Part shown: positions 62,881 through 64,000 of the stretch, piece after piece
How positions within the stretch are numbered: position 1 is the first letter of the stretch
How the letters are laid out: each line of letters opens with the position of its first letter
From: an uncultured archaeon
GTDB lineage: Archaea; Nanobdellota; Nanobdellia; Pacearchaeales; GW2011-AR1
NCBI GenBank assembly: GCA_903831045.1
Contig: CAIKWG010000042.1
Coordinates: forward strand, 13,239-77,238
DNA length: 64,000 nt
Direction of reading: 5' to 3'
Program-made: the position numbers and the translations under genes
Notes under the pieces: model-generated
The model's database searches: none
Told to the model about the DNA's origin: nothing
The model's input: only the letters and a program-made list of their open reading frames with translations

Positions 62881-63389
62881 TTTTTTAGTGCTATCTCTAA
62901 AAAGTCCTTAACATAGGGATGAATCTTTCTTTTTATTTTTTTATATTCTTCCCGATTGATGATAATAGGTTCTCTGTGAAGGTCATTTAATTTTAATTTT
63001 CCTCTTCCTACAGCACTAAACACTAGGGTAGGGGTATCTGTTCCTTTATTATGTGCAAAAGGTCCAGTTCCAAAAAAATGTCTGCCAATGCCGATAAATT
63101 TTATTCTTGATATTCTAAGTCCGCATTCCTCTTTTGCTTTTATCTTTAGGGAGTTTTCAATGGTCGTTCCTCTTTCAACTCTGCCTCCTATTGGCCATAA
63201 AAGGCCCTTTCCAGGAGCTTTTTCTCTAGTTACCAATAAAAACCCACCTTTGTATTTTATAAACACATCATGGCATATAATTGGTAATTTTTGATGCATA
63301 ATTACATATTCAGATTCTGGAATTCTCTCTGTCTTTAATTTTTTTATATTGACTCTGCCATTTTCATCAAAAGGATATTCTTTGTACAT
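62877..63389 (-). CDS. NUDIX hydrolase
   Basis: Nudix-box-like GGRVERGTTIENSLKIKAKEECGL. Confidence 0.6.
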   Translation of the reverse strand: MYKEYPFDENGRVNIKKLKTERIPESEYVIMHQKLPIICHDVFIKYKGGFLLVTREKAPGKGLLWPIGGRVERGTTIENSLKIKAKEECGLRISRIKFIGIGRHFFGTGPFAHNKGTDTPTLVFSAVGRGKLKLNDLHREPIIINREEYKKIKRKIHPYVKDFLEIALKK

Positions 63390-63424
63390 AGATTATATAA
63401 GAAAAATTAGTTTTTAAATTTAAA

Positions 63425-63802
63425 TTATTTCTTCTTATTCATAAATTCATTTAATGAATCAACCAGCCATCTTAATTTTGGATCCTTTTTATCCATTACT
63501 TTTTCCTCGCTAGTTATTCCCCATTCTGAAACAATAGAATCTTCCAGAGCAATAAAAGCATGAGCCTTATTTGCAGGAATTAATCCAGAATTTCCAGCAC
63601 TTAAAATATGTTCTTCTTCTCCACAAATGTATCTAACCTTTCCATTAATAACTACAAAATATTCATCGTTAGAATGTAAACATCCGCCTCTTGCATAGCC
63701 TTTATTTATTCCCATGAATGTATACTCTTTGTTTTCAGATAGTAAATCTTTTACCAAATAGATAGAACCCCTCGCATCTTCATGTATCTTTTCTAAATTC
63801 AT
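63425..63802 (-). CDS. cupin-fold sugar isomerase/epimerase-like (WxcM/FdtA-like, tentative)
   Basis: 125 aa; IHEDARGSI..., His-rich cupin core; AAGGAG SD; ATGA overlap with upstream aminotransferase. Confidence 0.5.
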   Translation of the reverse strand: MNLEKIHEDARGSIYLVKDLLSENKEYTFMGINKGYARGGCLHSNDEYFVVINGKVRYICGEEEHILSAGNSGLIPANKAHAFIALEDSIVSEWGITSEEKVMDKKDPKLRWLVDSLNEFMNKKK

Positions 63803-64000
63803 TTTCTGTAAAACTCCTTTACTTTATCAGCAACATATGAAATATCTTCTTTTGCCAATGCGGGTCCATTTGGTAACCAGAGAGCATTATTAGAAATATC
63901 TGAAGCTACCGGAAAAGTATGATCATTACCCTGATTTTTGTAAGGAGGATTCATATGCAATGCTGGCCAACATTCTCTTGCATAAATTTCATTCTTTTTG
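63799..64000 (-). CDS. DegT/DnrJ/EryC1-type sugar aminotransferase, C-terminal fragment
   Basis: Minus-strand translation ...HMNPPYKNQGNDHTFPVASDISNNALWLPNGPALAKEDISYVADKVKEFYRK; open to window end. Confidence 0.6.
   Translation of the reverse strand, partial: KKNEIYARECWPALHMNPPYKNQGNDHTFPVASDISNNALWLPNGPALAKEDISYVADKVKEFYRK

Overview
AT-rich 64-kb window made of three very different parts. (A) 1-35.8 kb is an accessory block. I accept 57 ORFs there, all on the + strand. Most are small and many have a signal peptide, lipobox or TM segments. I recognise no housekeeping, capsid, terminase or integrase gene. The block carries its own AT-rich tRNA-Arg(UCU), a reiterated promoter/RBS cassette in front of at least 16 genes, three families of reiterated terminator hairpins, several paralog families and internally repeated genes. 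The few recognisable domains are an Mpa/ARC-type AAA+ unfoldase followed by a Pup-like acidic peptide, a vWA lipoprotein, two SBP-like/OmpA-like fusions, XpaC-like and TelA-like proteins, a NitT/TauT-type ABC importer, a PspC-domain mini-protein, a TonB-C-like protein and a beta-barrel-like secreted protein. These are typical of diderm bacteria or their phages. (B) 35.9-44.3 kb is clearly archaeal core: uS13-uS4-uS11-RpoD, DUF655, RpoF, eL21, RpoN, GC-rich tRNAs (one with an intron, two with odd duplicated fragments), a short 5S rRNA and SecFD. Here genes sit behind TTTAAAAA-N20-22-ATG leaderless-type promoters, which fits a small-genome (DPANN-like) archaeon. (C) 44.7-64 kb is a surface-glycan biosynthesis cluster with a flippase, a GDP-mannose 3,5-epimerase-like enzyme, GT11/GT4/GT26 transferases, a CMP-sugar synthetase-like enzyme, methyltransferases, a B12 radical-SAM enzyme and an amino-sugar module. 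The most interesting question is what block A is (virus or mobile element, inter-domain island, or assembly chimera), and within it the Mpa-like/Pup-like pair and the vWA/OmpA/TelA envelope module. All calls come from reading the sequence and ORF translations by eye; no searches were run.
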